From the NCBI GenBank assembly GCA_024635955.1, contig JAGXHX010000082.1, positions 1 to 55,147 of the forward strand: a stretch of DNA of 55,147 bases, read 5' to 3'. Made by a program: the position numbers and the translations under genes. The stretch comes from Bacillota bacterium. GTDB taxonomy: Bacteria; Bacillota; TC1. Every line of letters begins with the position of its first letter. The stretch's first letter is position 1. Shown here piece by piece: positions 29,275 through 39,020 of the stretch. The notes under the pieces were generated by a model. That model did not search any database, was not told where the DNA came from, and worked only from the letters and a program-made list of their open reading frames with translations.

Positions 29275-30183
29275 TTATAGTTCTGGATGAATTATTTTAA
29301 CTAATTGTTCTAAACCATCTACTAATCTAGGTCCAGTTCTTTCAATTAAATTACTTTCAACAGAAAATACTTTATCCTTTTTAACACAGTCTAACTCTTT
29401 ATACCCTACTGTGCTAATTAGTTCTTTTTTATTTAACACACTTGAATAAATAAGTATTTCAGGATTTCTTTCAACAATTTTTTCTAAAGAAAAACTCCAT
29501 TGTTTACCATCACTGGCAATGTTTTCACCACCAGCCATTTCAATCATTTGACTTATAAAAGTATCGCCAGTGGCAGTAAACTCTCCCCCAGCTCCAAAGC
29601 CTACAGTTAAATATACACTTGGTGTTGTTTTAGCCTTAGCTACTTTATTCTTAATAGCAGTTACTTTTGTTTTCATTTCAGATATCACTTTGTCTGCCTC
29701 AGCTGAATGATTTAAAATATCACCTATGCTTTTAATATCCTTGTAGGTTCCATCAAAACTGTCTTCAGTATAAATGGTTACAACCTTGATTCCAGCATTT
29801 TCAAGTTGATCTCTAACACCTTGGTCAAGAAAAGCTGATCCAATCACTAAATCTGGTGATAATTCTACTATTTTTTCAAGGTTAACTGTCATTAAATCGC
29901 CAATAACATCAATTTTTTCTACACTTGTTGGATAGTCATCATATGATGTTCTACCTATTAATTTATCCAAACCACCTACGGCTGCCACAATTTCGGTTGT
30001 AACTGGTGATAGTGACACTATTTTACTAGGTTCTTTATCAATTATTACCTTTGCACCAGAATTATCAACTATTGTCATTGGATAAATAGCATTGTTACTT
30101 TCATTAGTTTTTCCACCACAACCTGTCAGCGCTAATAAGGACAACGCCAAAATTACTGTTTTAAATATTTTGTTTTTTTTCAT
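29275..30183 (-). CDS. ABC transporter substrate-binding lipoprotein (BtuF/FecB-like periplasmic binding protein)
   Basis: Lipobox LALTGCGG and a class III PBP pattern (PSKIVSLSPVTTEI, PDLVIGS). First gene behind the cobalamin riboswitch. Confidence 0.85.
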   Translation of the reverse strand: MKKNKIFKTVILALSLLALTGCGGKTNESNNAIYPMTIVDNSGAKVIIDKEPSKIVSLSPVTTEIVAAVGGLDKLIGRTSYDDYPTSVEKIDVIGDLMTVNLEKIVELSPDLVIGSAFLDQGVRDQLENAGIKVVTIYTEDSFDGTYKDIKSIGDILNHSAEADKVISEMKTKVTAIKNKVAKAKTTPSVYLTVGFGAGGEFTATGDTFISQMIEMAGGENIASDGKQWSFSLEKIVERNPEILIYSSVLNKKELISTVGYKELDCVKKDKVFSVESNLIERTGPRLVDGLEQLVKIIHPEL

Positions 30184-30201
30184 TACTTTCCCTCCAAAAC
30201 T

Positions 30202-30445
30202 AAAAAATCCTCTTTTCTTCTTAAGAAAAGAGGGTCTACAGCCTTAGATGATACATCTTTGCCATATGAATATACCTCCTTCCGAAATATAACCGCATTT
30301 TTTTCAGTAATCGGTCTCCTGGCTTACACCTAAAACTCAGTATTCTGTCTTCCCATCTTGCGACAGTGACATTATAGAAACTGATCAGTGCTTACAGTAG
30401 CGGAGGCTGCAACAGATTTTAACTGTTTTCCCGTTCATTACTAAA
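30202..30445 (-). promoter_or_regulatory. Cobalamin (B12) riboswitch with intrinsic terminator
   Basis: Minus strand reads GGGAAAACAGTTAAAATCTGTTGCAGCCTCCGCTACTGT. The B12 box GTAAGCCAGGAGACCGATT lies at 30327-30309. The terminator is CCTCTTTTCTTAAGAAGAAAAGAGG plus T6 (30234-30202). Confidence 0.87.
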
Positions 30446-30483
30446 ACTATATTAATGCTTACCTTGATAATGATAGCATATAC

Positions 30484-30512
30484 AAAAAAAAAGTGCCATA
30501 GGCACTTTTTTT
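30484..30512. terminator. Bidirectional rho-independent terminator after the zinc-ribbon gene
   Basis: AGTGCC-ATA-GGCACT hairpin flanked by A8 and T6 runs. Confidence 0.65.
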
Positions 30513-30514
30513 AA

Positions 30515-30679
30515 TTAATCGTCGTAATTTGTTCTTCTTTGTTGTTTTTTTTGTTTTCTACATTCAGGACATCTTTTAGGTTCATTTGTAAAACCTTTTT
30601 CAGCGTAGAATTCTTGTTCGCCTTCAGTGAAAACAAATTCACATCCGCAGTCTGAACATACTAATGTTTTATCGCTCAT
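30515..30679 (-). CDS. Small zinc-ribbon protein (54 aa), not in the supplied ORF track
   Basis: My own translation is MSDKTLVCSDCGCEFVFTEGEQEFYAEKGFTNEPKRCPECRKQKKQQRRTNYDD. It has CxxC...CxxC pairs, a GGAGG SD 6 nt upstream and a terminator directly downstream. Confidence 0.7.
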   Translation of the reverse strand: MSDKTLVCSDCGCEFVFTEGEQEFYAEKGFTNEPKRCPECRKQKKQQRRTNYDD

Positions 30680-30842
30680 AGTTACCTCCATTATATTTGG
30701 GACTTGTTTTTTTAATTCATGATTCTCTGATAATGGAGATACTGATTAAAATTACATTCCTTATAGGCGCATTATATCATAGAATTTAAAAATATACACC
30801 TTTTATAAAATAATAATATAAAATAAATTTAAGTGCATCTTT

Positions 30843-31607
30843 TTAATTATAATCTACCATGAACTCTTCTACTAAAAAAACACCTTTTAAAAAATCATCA
30901 CCCAAGGTCTGATTGATAATATCAGCATAAACAAATCTATTTCCAAATTCAGCATTTATAAAATCATCCATTTTGTTAGAAATATCAATATAACTTTTAA
31001 TCTTTATCTGCCTTATTTCTCCATTACTTATTTTATAGTCTTTTTTATTACCTGCAAAAGAATAATATGTATACTCATGAATAAAAATCGTTATTCCATT
31101 TTCACTATCCTTTTTAACATCAGTATTTTCAAAGATTATCTGTCCATTATTCTCATCTATATTACTAAATTCATATGCACCCGAATCTGTCTTTAGTGGT
31201 TCAAAATATTTTGTATAGAAACCACTCACACTACTACCGTTTGTTAATTCAAGATTCATATCACTTGATTTAGTTATAGTGTTGGAATATATTCGGCCAT
31301 TCTGGATTGTTTCATCACCAAAATCAGCAGGATCAAAGGCTCTTCCTGATACTTTTAATACTCCGTATGTAAATGTACCATATTCATCAACAGAAAAGGA
31401 TTCTGCATACATATAACCAATAGCATAACGACTTTCCAACTTTAATTCACTTTTACTTTCATAATTTTCTAATATTCCAGTTTTAAAGTCATTAACACTA
31501 AATTCTGTATCATTTTTATTTTCAACTTTAATCTTTTCACCAGAACATCCTGAAAGTAGAAAAAATGATGTGATTATAAATAAAGAAATTATTATTTTCT
31601 TCTTCAT
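30843..31607 (-). CDS. Hypothetical lipoprotein
   Basis: Signal peptide with lipobox LLSGCSG. No recognisable domain. Lies downstream of the cysteine desulfidase-family gene. Confidence 0.5.
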   Translation of the reverse strand: MKKKIIISLFIITSFFLLSGCSGEKIKVENKNDTEFSVNDFKTGILENYESKSELKLESRYAIGYMYAESFSVDEYGTFTYGVLKVSGRAFDPADFGDETIQNGRIYSNTITKSSDMNLELTNGSSVSGFYTKYFEPLKTDSGAYEFSNIDENNGQIIFENTDVKKDSENGITIFIHEYTYYSFAGNKKDYKISNGEIRQIKIKSYIDISNKMDDFINAEFGNRFVYADIINQTLGDDFLKGVFLVEEFMVDYN

Positions 31608-31633
31608 TATTATGTTCTCCCTTATATTCCCTT

Positions 31634-32920
31634 TTATTTATTTAACATTGAATCTAGAATAATATCTTCTAAAACTTCAGAAGCGTCTTGAGAAAGTCTA
31701 GTGAAGTTTTCAATAGTATTTGCGTAATTATTAGTAACTATTCCATCTAAGTCGCTTACACTTTTCCCAGCTAAGCTTAAAAGTGCTGAATCTACAGCAG
31801 TGCTAGCTACCTGTGCTACTTTTAAAGCACAACCTGGTTTAGCACCATCACATATCATTCCCGTTAAATTACCAACCATATTATTAATGGCCATTTTAAC
31901 ATTATTTCTGGTTCCTCCCATAATATATACCAATCCACAACTTGCGCCAATACCAGCAACTACAGCTCCGCAAAGTGCTGATAAAACTCCAAATCTCAAT
32001 TTTATATATATGGTCACCAAATGACTTAATGTCACTCCTCTTATGATTTTTTCATTATCTATTTTAAGTTTTTCACCAACAGCAACAATTGGAAGAGTTG
32101 CTACTATTCCTTGATTACCACTGCCAGAATTACTCATTACAGCCATTTGAGCTCCTCCCATTCGAGCATCAGTTCCTGCTGAAGTCACATAACTGGCTAC
32201 TTTTTGAATATCTTCATGATAATAACCTTTATTAATGTTGTTAATTATATTTCTAGCAACTTCTAATCCATATGCGTTATTCAAACCTTCTTTTGAGATT
32301 TTTTTATTTAAATTTATGCTATCTTCAATAATTTTAAGATCTTTTACATTTACGTTATCAACAAATTCCATAATATCATCTAGGTCTATATTATCCCAAT
32401 TATTAAGATTAGTAGCTTTATCAAAAGTCTCATTTTCTTTATTCATAATCACTTTGCCATTGATTTCAATTAGGGAGACGTTTGTATGATTATCTTCAAT
32501 GATTACTTTGATTTTTTCTTTATCAATTGTTAATATAACTTCAATATACAATTTCTTTTTAGTATCAGCTAAATTTATTTTCACTTTACCTGCTTCTATA
32601 ATTTCTTTTGCTTTTTTAATCATATTTTCATCTACATCATTTAAAACCTCTAGCATTTTGTCATAATTATCATATGATAAAACACCTAAAGTTACAGCTA
32701 AATCTATACCGGCTTCATAAACAAGTGGCAACATAACACCCATAGCATTTTTTATAATATTTACACTTGCATTCACTTCAATGTTGTTAATTTTATCTGT
32801 ATTTATTTCTTTAGCATTATGCATAGCTATTGCACCTGCTAAAGCTATAGCAATAGGTTCTGTGCAACCAATTGCAGGCTTTAATTTCTCATTTAGTAAA
32901 TCTAATATATTCTTTTTCAT
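31634..32920 (-). CDS. L-cysteine desulfidase family protein (UPF0597/YhaM-like, serine dehydratase alpha-like)
   Basis: N-terminal LKPAIGCTEPIAIALAGA and GSGNQG motifs characteristic of the UPF0597 family; 428 aa. Confidence 0.78.
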   Translation of the reverse strand: MKKNILDLLNEKLKPAIGCTEPIAIALAGAIAMHNAKEINTDKINNIEVNASVNIIKNAMGVMLPLVYEAGIDLAVTLGVLSYDNYDKMLEVLNDVDENMIKKAKEIIEAGKVKINLADTKKKLYIEVILTIDKEKIKVIIEDNHTNVSLIEINGKVIMNKENETFDKATNLNNWDNIDLDDIMEFVDNVNVKDLKIIEDSINLNKKISKEGLNNAYGLEVARNIINNINKGYYHEDIQKVASYVTSAGTDARMGGAQMAVMSNSGSGNQGIVATLPIVAVGEKLKIDNEKIIRGVTLSHLVTIYIKLRFGVLSALCGAVVAGIGASCGLVYIMGGTRNNVKMAINNMVGNLTGMICDGAKPGCALKVAQVASTAVDSALLSLAGKSVSDLDGIVTNNYANTIENFTRLSQDASEVLEDIILDSMLNK

Positions 32921-33136
32921 GAATAACCTCCATACTACTTGTTTACACTATCAATTATAATACTTTTTTATATAAATATACAAACCAAAACTAATATGCT
33001 ACCAGTTTTATACGCAATCATTTTGTAAATAAATTATTTAATATTTATATACTTAATATTGGCTTAATTCCATTAAGCTTTTACTATCTATGTCTTTAAT
33101 CTCTAGACTATTATCTTAAAATATATTGTTTTACTT

Positions 33137-34555
33137 TTAATAATCCTTAATGTGTGGAAACCAAACCTCAACAAGTCTTTTTACAGCCATCCTTATTGAC
33201 TGATCAGCCATACTTGCATAACCTAATAAAACAGTTGGCACTTTATCCAAACTAGTTTTATCATAATAGTATTTAGAAATTGCATAAACTCCTACGCCGA
33301 CCTCATGTGCTTTTCTCACCAAGTCTTCTTCGCTCATACCATTTTTTATCCTTAACAATAGGTGTAGACCAGCATCAGCTCCAACTATCTCTATTTTATC
33401 TTTCATACTTGATAATTCATCTACTAATATTTCTCTTTTCCTCTTATATATATTTCTCATTCTATTAATGTGTCTCTCAAAATGACCATCTTCAATAAAC
33501 TTCTGCAATACATTCTGATCAATGGTCGGAACCGGACAAACTATAAAGGAAAGTTTTTCTCTATACTTTTTTAATAATAATTCTGGCAACACCATATAAC
33601 TTACTCTTATTGATGGTGATAAGGACTTTGAAAGAGAACCCATATATATAACTTTTCCATAAGTGTCTAACCCACAAAGAGCTGGTATAGGTTTCCCACT
33701 ATATTTAAATTCACTATCATAATCATCCTCAATAATATATCTATTTTCATTTTCGTAAGCCCAGTTTAAAATTTTTATTCTCCTATTTATAGGCATTATT
33801 CCCCCTAAAGGAAATTGATGGGCTGGGGTAATACATAAAATATCAGCCTCACTTCCTTCAATATCTTCAATCTTCATACCTTTCATATCAATATTAATAG
33901 TTTTAAAATTGGAATTATTGCTCTTAAATAGAAGATTTAACTTTTCATAACCAGGATTTTCAATTCCATAAACATATTCCTGACCCAATAGTTGAATTAA
34001 AATTTGAAATAAACTTTCTGTTCCAGAACTAATTACAATTTCTTCAGCTGTACAGTTAACACCTCTTGATTGTCTCAAATATTTTGCCAAACTTATACGC
34101 AAGGAACTGCTCCCCTGTGAAGATCCAGGTTTTAAAATATCCCTATCGTATTCATTAATTGCCTCTTTTGTTATTTTCCGCCAAGTAGAAAAAGGGAATG
34201 AATCATGATCAACACCATGGTAAGAAAAATCATATGATAAATTTTGCAATTCATCCTCTTCTTTTATATGCTTTTCAACAAATTTTAAATCCAAACTTAA
34301 AATATTATCTAAACGATTAACAAAAAACCCTTTTCTTGCTACAGGAATGATATATCCTTCCTCAATAAGTTGGTCATAAGCAGATTGAATTGTATTTTGA
34401 CTTATTTTTAAATAAGAAGATAATTTTCTTTTTGAAGGTAGTTTAGTGTTGAATTCAAAATTCCCTACTCTTATTTCCTTTTTAATATATTCATATAACT
34501 GTCGATATAATGGTACAGTTCTCTTTTCATCCATTGAAAATGTTAACATATCCAC
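33137..34555 (-). CDS. pdxR: MocR/GabR-type regulator (GntR HTH fused to an aminotransferase-like domain), probable PdxR
   Basis: N-terminal winged HTH (PLYRQLYEYIKKEI...LPSKRKLSSYLKISQNTIQSAY) plus a fold-type-I AAT-like domain (YMGSLSKSLSPSIRVSY). Divergent from pdxST. Confidence 0.82.
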   Translation of the reverse strand: MDMLTFSMDEKRTVPLYRQLYEYIKKEIRVGNFEFNTKLPSKRKLSSYLKISQNTIQSAYDQLIEEGYIIPVARKGFFVNRLDNILSLDLKFVEKHIKEEDELQNLSYDFSYHGVDHDSFPFSTWRKITKEAINEYDRDILKPGSSQGSSSLRISLAKYLRQSRGVNCTAEEIVISSGTESLFQILIQLLGQEYVYGIENPGYEKLNLLFKSNNSNFKTINIDMKGMKIEDIEGSEADILCITPAHQFPLGGIMPINRRIKILNWAYENENRYIIEDDYDSEFKYSGKPIPALCGLDTYGKVIYMGSLSKSLSPSIRVSYMVLPELLLKKYREKLSFIVCPVPTIDQNVLQKFIEDGHFERHINRMRNIYKRKREILVDELSSMKDKIEIVGADAGLHLLLRIKNGMSEEDLVRKAHEVGVGVYAISKYYYDKTSLDKVPTVLLGYASMADQSIRMAVKRLVEVWFPHIKDY

Positions 34556-34677
34556 TTTAAACCCTCCAAATCTGATACCCTTGAAATCATATATATTGAC
34601 GCTTTTAATACATCCAGCCTCTTCATATAATAGAGAAGTACTAATAAAAAGTCAATAAAATTATAGGAGTGATAAAA

Positions 34678-35550
34678 ATGAACAACAGATATGAATTAAA
34701 CAAAAACCTAGCACAAATGCTAAAAGGTGGAGTTATTATGGACGTAACCACACCAGAACAAGCTAGAATCGCCCAAAAAGCAGGAGCTTGTGCAGTTATG
34801 GCACTAGAACGTATACCGGCAGATATTCGAACAGCTGGAGGAGTTTCTAGAATGAGTGATCCTAAAATGATTAAAAGTATCCAAGAGGCAGTAACAATTC
34901 CCGTTATGGCTAAAGTCCGTATAGGACATTTTACAGAAGCTCAAATTCTAGAAGCCATAGAGATCGATTATATCGATGAAAGTGAAGTATTATCACCAGC
35001 TGATGACAAATATCACATTGACAAAAATCAGTTTCAAGTACCCTTTGTATGTGGTGCAAAAAATTTAGGAGAGGCTTTAAGACGAATTAGTGAGGGAGCA
35101 GCCATGATAAGAACAAAAGGAGAACCTGGTACTGGTGACGTCGTTCAAGCTGTACGTCATATGAGAATGATTAATCAACAAATACGACAATTGGCAAATT
35201 TAAGAGAGGATGAACTCTATCAATCTGCTAAAGAACTACAAGTCCCTTACGATCTAGTACAATATGTTCACCAAAATGGTAAACTTCCTGTAGTTAACTT
35301 TGCAGCTGGTGGTATTGCCACTCCTGCAGATGCTGCATTAATGATGCAACTTGGCGCTGAAGGTATCTTTGTAGGATCTGGGATTTTCAAATCAGGAGAT
35401 CCCCAAAGAAGAGCTCAAGCAATCGTAAAAGCCGTAACCAATTTTAACGATAGGAATATTTTGGCTGAATTATCAGAAGATCTAGGTGAAGCAATGGTTG
35501 GAATTAATGAACAAGAAATTGATGTATTAATGGCCTTACGAGGTGAATAA
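34678..35550 (+). CDS. pdxS: Pyridoxal 5'-phosphate synthase lyase subunit
   Basis: Highly conserved [25 protein letters not shown] and IDESEVL motifs. ATG at 34678, 8 nt after AGGAG; the track start is a GTG inside the SD. Confidence 0.95.
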   Translation: MNNRYELNKNLAQMLKGGVIMDVTTPEQARIAQKAGACAVMALERIPADIRTAGGVSRMSDPKMIKSIQEAVTIPVMAKVRIGHFTEAQILEAIEIDYIDESEVLSPADDKYHIDKNQFQVPFVCGAKNLGEALRRISEGAAMIRTKGEPGTGDVVQAVRHMRMINQQIRQLANLREDELYQSAKELQVPYDLVQYVHQNGKLPVVNFAAGGIATPADAALMMQLGAEGIFVGSGIFKSGDPQRRAQAIVKAVTNFNDRNILAELSEDLGEAMVGINEQEIDVLMALRGE

Positions 35551-36116
35551 TGAAAAGAATAGGAATATTAGCCGTACAGGGTGCTTTTTTTGAACATAAA
35601 GTTATGTTAAAAGAACTAGGTGCTGAAGTAATTGAAATCAGACAGAAAAATCATCTAGAAAATATTGAACTTGATGGGATTATTCTTCCAGGAGGAGAAA
35701 GTACTGTAATAGGCAAACTGCTGAGAGAGTTGGATATGTTCAATCCTCTTAAACAATTAATTGATGATGGTTTGCCTGTTTTCGGTACTTGTGCAGGTTT
35801 AATACTACTAGCTAAAGAAAGTATTAACGAAGATGAATCATACTTGGCAAGCATGGATATTTCCATAAAACGAAATGCCTATGGACGTCAACTAGATAGT
35901 TTCCAAGTAATTCATGAATTTAAAGATATTGGCGAAATCCCAATGATCTTCATTCGAGCTCCCTACATTATTAGTACTGGTAATGAAGTTGAAATTCTTG
36001 CAATAGTTGATGATAATATTGTAGCAGCAAAACAAAATAATATGCTGGTGACATCTTTCCATCCTGAGTTATCAAAAGATTTAAATGTACATAAATATTT
36101 TCTCAATATGATATAA
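35550..36116 (+). CDS. pdxT: Pyridoxal 5'-phosphate synthase glutaminase subunit
   Basis: [18 protein letters not shown] (catalytic Cys) and FHPE motifs. The start overlaps the pdxS stop (TAATG). Confidence 0.95.
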   Translation: MKRIGILAVQGAFFEHKVMLKELGAEVIEIRQKNHLENIELDGIILPGGESTVIGKLLRELDMFNPLKQLIDDGLPVFGTCAGLILLAKESINEDESYLASMDISIKRNAYGRQLDSFQVIHEFKDIGEIPMIFIRAPYIISTGNEVEILAIVDDNIVAAKQNNMLVTSFHPELSKDLNVHKYFLNMI

Positions 36117-36122
36117 ATAAAG

Positions 36123-36158
36123 AAACACTAGGCTAATTCGCAAGCCTAGTGTTTTTAT
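36123..36158. terminator. Rho-independent terminator between pdxT and the convergent gene
   Basis: AAACACTAGGC / GCCTAGTGTTT form an 11-bp stem followed by T-rich sequence. Confidence 0.7.
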
Positions 36159-36163
36159 CATTT

Positions 36164-36817
36164 TTATCCCATTATAGGTAATTGTGCATATCCTTCTTCA
36201 CTTGTATCTATTTTTCCATAATTAAATTTCACAGGATATTTAAATAAGGGTCCATCAGAAACAAAAGTATGATATTCACCATACTCTCCACAAATATCAA
36301 TGTCAAACTTACTAAATTCATTTAATAAGTCACTGCTTAATAATCTGCCTAAATATGATTCATTCAATTTTTTTAAATCTACAACTGTTATATTAGCAGT
36401 AAAACCTAACTCCAAGAACTCCTTAACGAGTTTTTCTGAATCTTCCCCAAATAAAGGAAACTTGGATACAATACCAGCTTTTATACATCTATCCTTACAC
36501 CAACTATAGTGCTCTTCTATAAAAATATCGCCAAAGATACAAAACTCAGCTCCCATTTTTTTGCCTCTTATTAATGTTTCCTCAAATTTTTTTCCATAAT
36601 CAGCTCCATTAGTTTCTGCTAACCAAATAGGTATGTTCAAAGAATCTGATACTTTTTCTATAACTTCCTTACTTAAACCATGAAACCAGTTTTTTTCTTT
36701 TGAGCTGTCATATGTTGTTATCAAGGCAATTGGTTCATAGCCCTGTTTAACCATTCTATGCAAAGCTAAAATACTTTCTTTGCCTCCGCTATATGATGCA
36801 ATAAATTTTTTTTTCAT
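36164..36817 (-). CDS. Dph6-related (MJ0570-like) ATP pyrophosphatase, PP-loop family
   Basis: N-terminal ASYSGGKES PP-loop and a C-terminal GEYGEYHTFV motif typical of this family. Confidence 0.68.
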   Translation of the reverse strand: MKKKFIASYSGGKESILALHRMVKQGYEPIALITTYDSSKEKNWFHGLSKEVIEKVSDSLNIPIWLAETNGADYGKKFEETLIRGKKMGAEFCIFGDIFIEEHYSWCKDRCIKAGIVSKFPLFGEDSEKLVKEFLELGFTANITVVDLKKLNESYLGRLLSSDLLNEFSKFDIDICGEYGEYHTFVSDGPLFKYPVKFNYGKIDTSEEGYAQLPIMG

Positions 36818-36982
36818 TATAATCTCCGTTCAATATTTATATTATACTCAAATAGATTTGCATCAATTATTTGTTAATTGCAGTAATCTATAATCTTTCT
36901 TCTAATTCAACATTCTATCATTATACATGAAAATTGAGTATAATGTATGTTGTAAATGATAATTTTTTTTGGAGGTATATTT

Positions 36983-38155
36983 ATGAAGAAAATACTGCTT
37001 TGTATTACAGGTTCCATAGCAGCTTATAAAAGTGCAGATATAGCAAGCAAACTAGTCAGTAAAGGTTATGATATACACGTAATAATGACCAAAAACAGTA
37101 CTAAATTCATTAGCCCAATGGTATTAGAAACACTTACCAAAAACAGAGTATACACTGAATTATTCCAAGATGACGAATATACTCATCTTACTCATATATC
37201 TTCTGCTAAAGAAGCAGACTTAATACTTGTAGCTCCAGCTACATATAATATAATTGGAAAAACTGCTAATGGAGTTGCTGATGATTTACTAAGTTCTATA
37301 CTAGCAGCCGCTCCAGCAAATAAGGTAGTCTTCGCTCCAGCAATGAACGTTAATATGTATAATAATCCTATTTTGACAGACAATATAAATACCTTAACCA
37401 AGGGAGGTTACACCTTTATCGAGCCTGATGATGGTATGCTTGCATGTGGCGATTTAGGCAAGGGCCGCATGAAAAACATCCCTTCTATCCTTGAATTCGT
37501 TGACAGTTATTTCTGTGAAAAAATATTGTATGGAAAAAATATAGTAATTACTGCAGGAGCAACAAGAGAATATCTAGATCCAATCCGATATATATCTAAT
37601 TCTTCTTCAGGGTTAATGGGACTGAGCTTAGCCAAAGCTTCCAGGAACATGGGCGCAAATGTCACATTGATAATGGCTAATTCTGCTCTAACTACTGATA
37701 ACATTAATATAATCAATGTAGCAACAGTCAACGAAATGTATGATTCTGTTCTGGAATTTTATCCAACAGCTGATATCCTTTTTTCCGCAGCTGCTGTTTC
37801 AGATTATGGTCCAATAAATTATAGTAGTCAGAAAATAAAAAAATCCGACATTACTCTTACTTTAGAATTAAAGAAAAATACCGATATTTTATTTGAACTG
37901 GGAAAATTAAAATCAAAACAAATTCTTATTGGGTTTGCAGCTGAAAGTGAAAATCTTTATGAAAATGCCTTAAAAAAATTAGAACTCAAGAATCTTGATA
38001 TGATAATAGCCAACGGGCTAGAAAACTTTGGCTCAACCTCTGGTAGTGTTAATATTATTACTAAGGCAAATATAATAAATATTCCTCAACAAGATAAGGA
38101 AAGTCTTGCTGAAGAAATTGTTATAGAAATCGTTAAAGGAGCAAACATTAAATGA
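36983..38155 (+). CDS. coaBC: Bifunctional phosphopantothenoylcysteine decarboxylase / phosphopantothenate--cysteine ligase
   Basis: Flavoprotein domain (ILLCITGSIAAYK, PAMN) plus a CoaB domain (ITAGATREYLDPIRYISNSSSG, AAAVSDY). ATG at 36983 after GGAGG. Confidence 0.9.
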   Translation: MKKILLCITGSIAAYKSADIASKLVSKGYDIHVIMTKNSTKFISPMVLETLTKNRVYTELFQDDEYTHLTHISSAKEADLILVAPATYNIIGKTANGVADDLLSSILAAAPANKVVFAPAMNVNMYNNPILTDNINTLTKGGYTFIEPDDGMLACGDLGKGRMKNIPSILEFVDSYFCEKILYGKNIVITAGATREYLDPIRYISNSSSGLMGLSLAKASRNMGANVTLIMANSALTTDNINIINVATVNEMYDSVLEFYPTADILFSAAAVSDYGPINYSSQKIKKSDITLTLELKKNTDILFELGKLKSKQILIGFAAESENLYENALKKLELKNLDMIIANGLENFGSTSGSVNIITKANIINIPQQDKESLAEEIVIEIVKGANIK

Positions 38156-38997
38156 AGAAAACAATAAATACCTTTAGAGAAGCAAAAAAAAATGGTAATA
38201 AACTGTCTCTTTTGACTGCCTATGATTATTCAACCGCCAAGCTAATCGACTCTTGTAATATTGATGGAATATTAGTAGGGGATTCATTAGGAATGGTCTG
38301 TTTAGGTTACAAGAATACATTAAGTGTAACCATGAGTGATATGCTTCATCACACTAGAGCAGTTGCAAAAGGTGTTACTAATTCCTTTCTAATAAGTGAT
38401 ATGCCTTTCATGTCATATCAAGCATCAGTATATGATTCCATCATTAATGCAGGTAGACTTATACAAGAAGGTGGTGCAGAAGCTGTAAAACTTGAAGGTG
38501 GATCAAATATAATCCCCCAAATAGAGGGTATAGTAAAAGCTCAAATACCAGTTGTTGGTCATCTTGGCTTAACTCCACAATCGTTTAATGTCTTTGGAGG
38601 TTTCAAAGTACAAGGCACGACTGTCGATAGTGCCAAATTCATAATTGATGAAGCCAAAAGACTTGAATCTGCTGGAGTATTTGCTCTTGTTTTAGAATGT
38701 ATACCAAAAGAAATTGCCCAAATAATCACAGAAAATATTAGTATCCCTACAATTGGTATAGGTGCTGGTGCTGGATGTGATGGCCAGATTTTAGTTTATC
38801 ATGACATATTGGGTCTTTATGATGGCACTGAAACAAAATTTAGCAAAGAATTTGCTAATATTGGCATTCAAACTAAAGCTGGCATAGAGTCATATATTAA
38901 TGAAGTAATTAAAGGAACTTATCCTGATATGGAACATTCCTATAGCATGTCACAAACTGATTTATCATTGTTAAAAAAGAAGTTATTCAGTAAATAA
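38152..38997 (+). CDS. panB: 3-methyl-2-oxobutanoate hydroxymethyltransferase
   Basis: LTAYDY, VGDSLGMV, KLEGG and GHLGLTPQ motifs. The start overlaps the coaBC stop (ATGA). Confidence 0.93.
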   Translation: MKKTINTFREAKKNGNKLSLLTAYDYSTAKLIDSCNIDGILVGDSLGMVCLGYKNTLSVTMSDMLHHTRAVAKGVTNSFLISDMPFMSYQASVYDSIINAGRLIQEGGAEAVKLEGGSNIIPQIEGIVKAQIPVVGHLGLTPQSFNVFGGFKVQGTTVDSAKFIIDEAKRLESAGVFALVLECIPKEIAQIITENISIPTIGIGAGAGCDGQILVYHDILGLYDGTETKFSKEFANIGIQTKAGIESYINEVIKGTYPDMEHSYSMSQTDLSLLKKKLFSK

Positions 38998-39020
38998 AAT
39001 TAGTAAAAAAGGAAATTATT

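Noticed and set aside
28271-29290. Three plus-strand ORFs (60, 91 and 176 aa) antisense to the FecCD permease gene
   Set aside because: These are shadow ORFs opposite a strongly supported membrane-protein gene, with no start context. The same judgement applies to the other antisense track ORFs: 4220-4738, 5601-5954, 6576-6980, 7963-8187, 10357-10539, 12678-12989, 13218-13445, 13718-14203, 15840-16025, 16889-17134, 22079-23380, 24568-24750, 25627-25812, 26226-26408, 27151-27674, 31800-32489, 33280-33468, 34446-34658, 35651-35866, 36300-36509, 37192-37731, 39997-40239, 40574-40756, 41279-41473, 43741-44426, 46276-46782, 49684-49878, 50181-50486, 52698-52880 and 54833-55093.
30243-30300. Mini-ORF (ATG GCA AAG ATG TAT CAT CTA AGG CTG TAG) with a strong GGAAGGAGG upstream, between the B12 aptamer and its terminator
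   Set aside because: It is most simply part of the riboswitch expression platform, since the purine-rich GGAGG tract can pair with the pyrimidine arm of the terminator. Nine codons with no conservation evidence do not support a leader-peptide call.
34547-34630. Possible PdxR binding repeats (ATATCCAC and ACATCCAG, 64 bp apart) in the pdxR-pdxS spacer
   Set aside because: The similarity is only 6 of 8 positions, I cannot recall the PdxR consensus reliably, and no clear -35/-10 pair could be placed. It was left as context for the pdxR call only.
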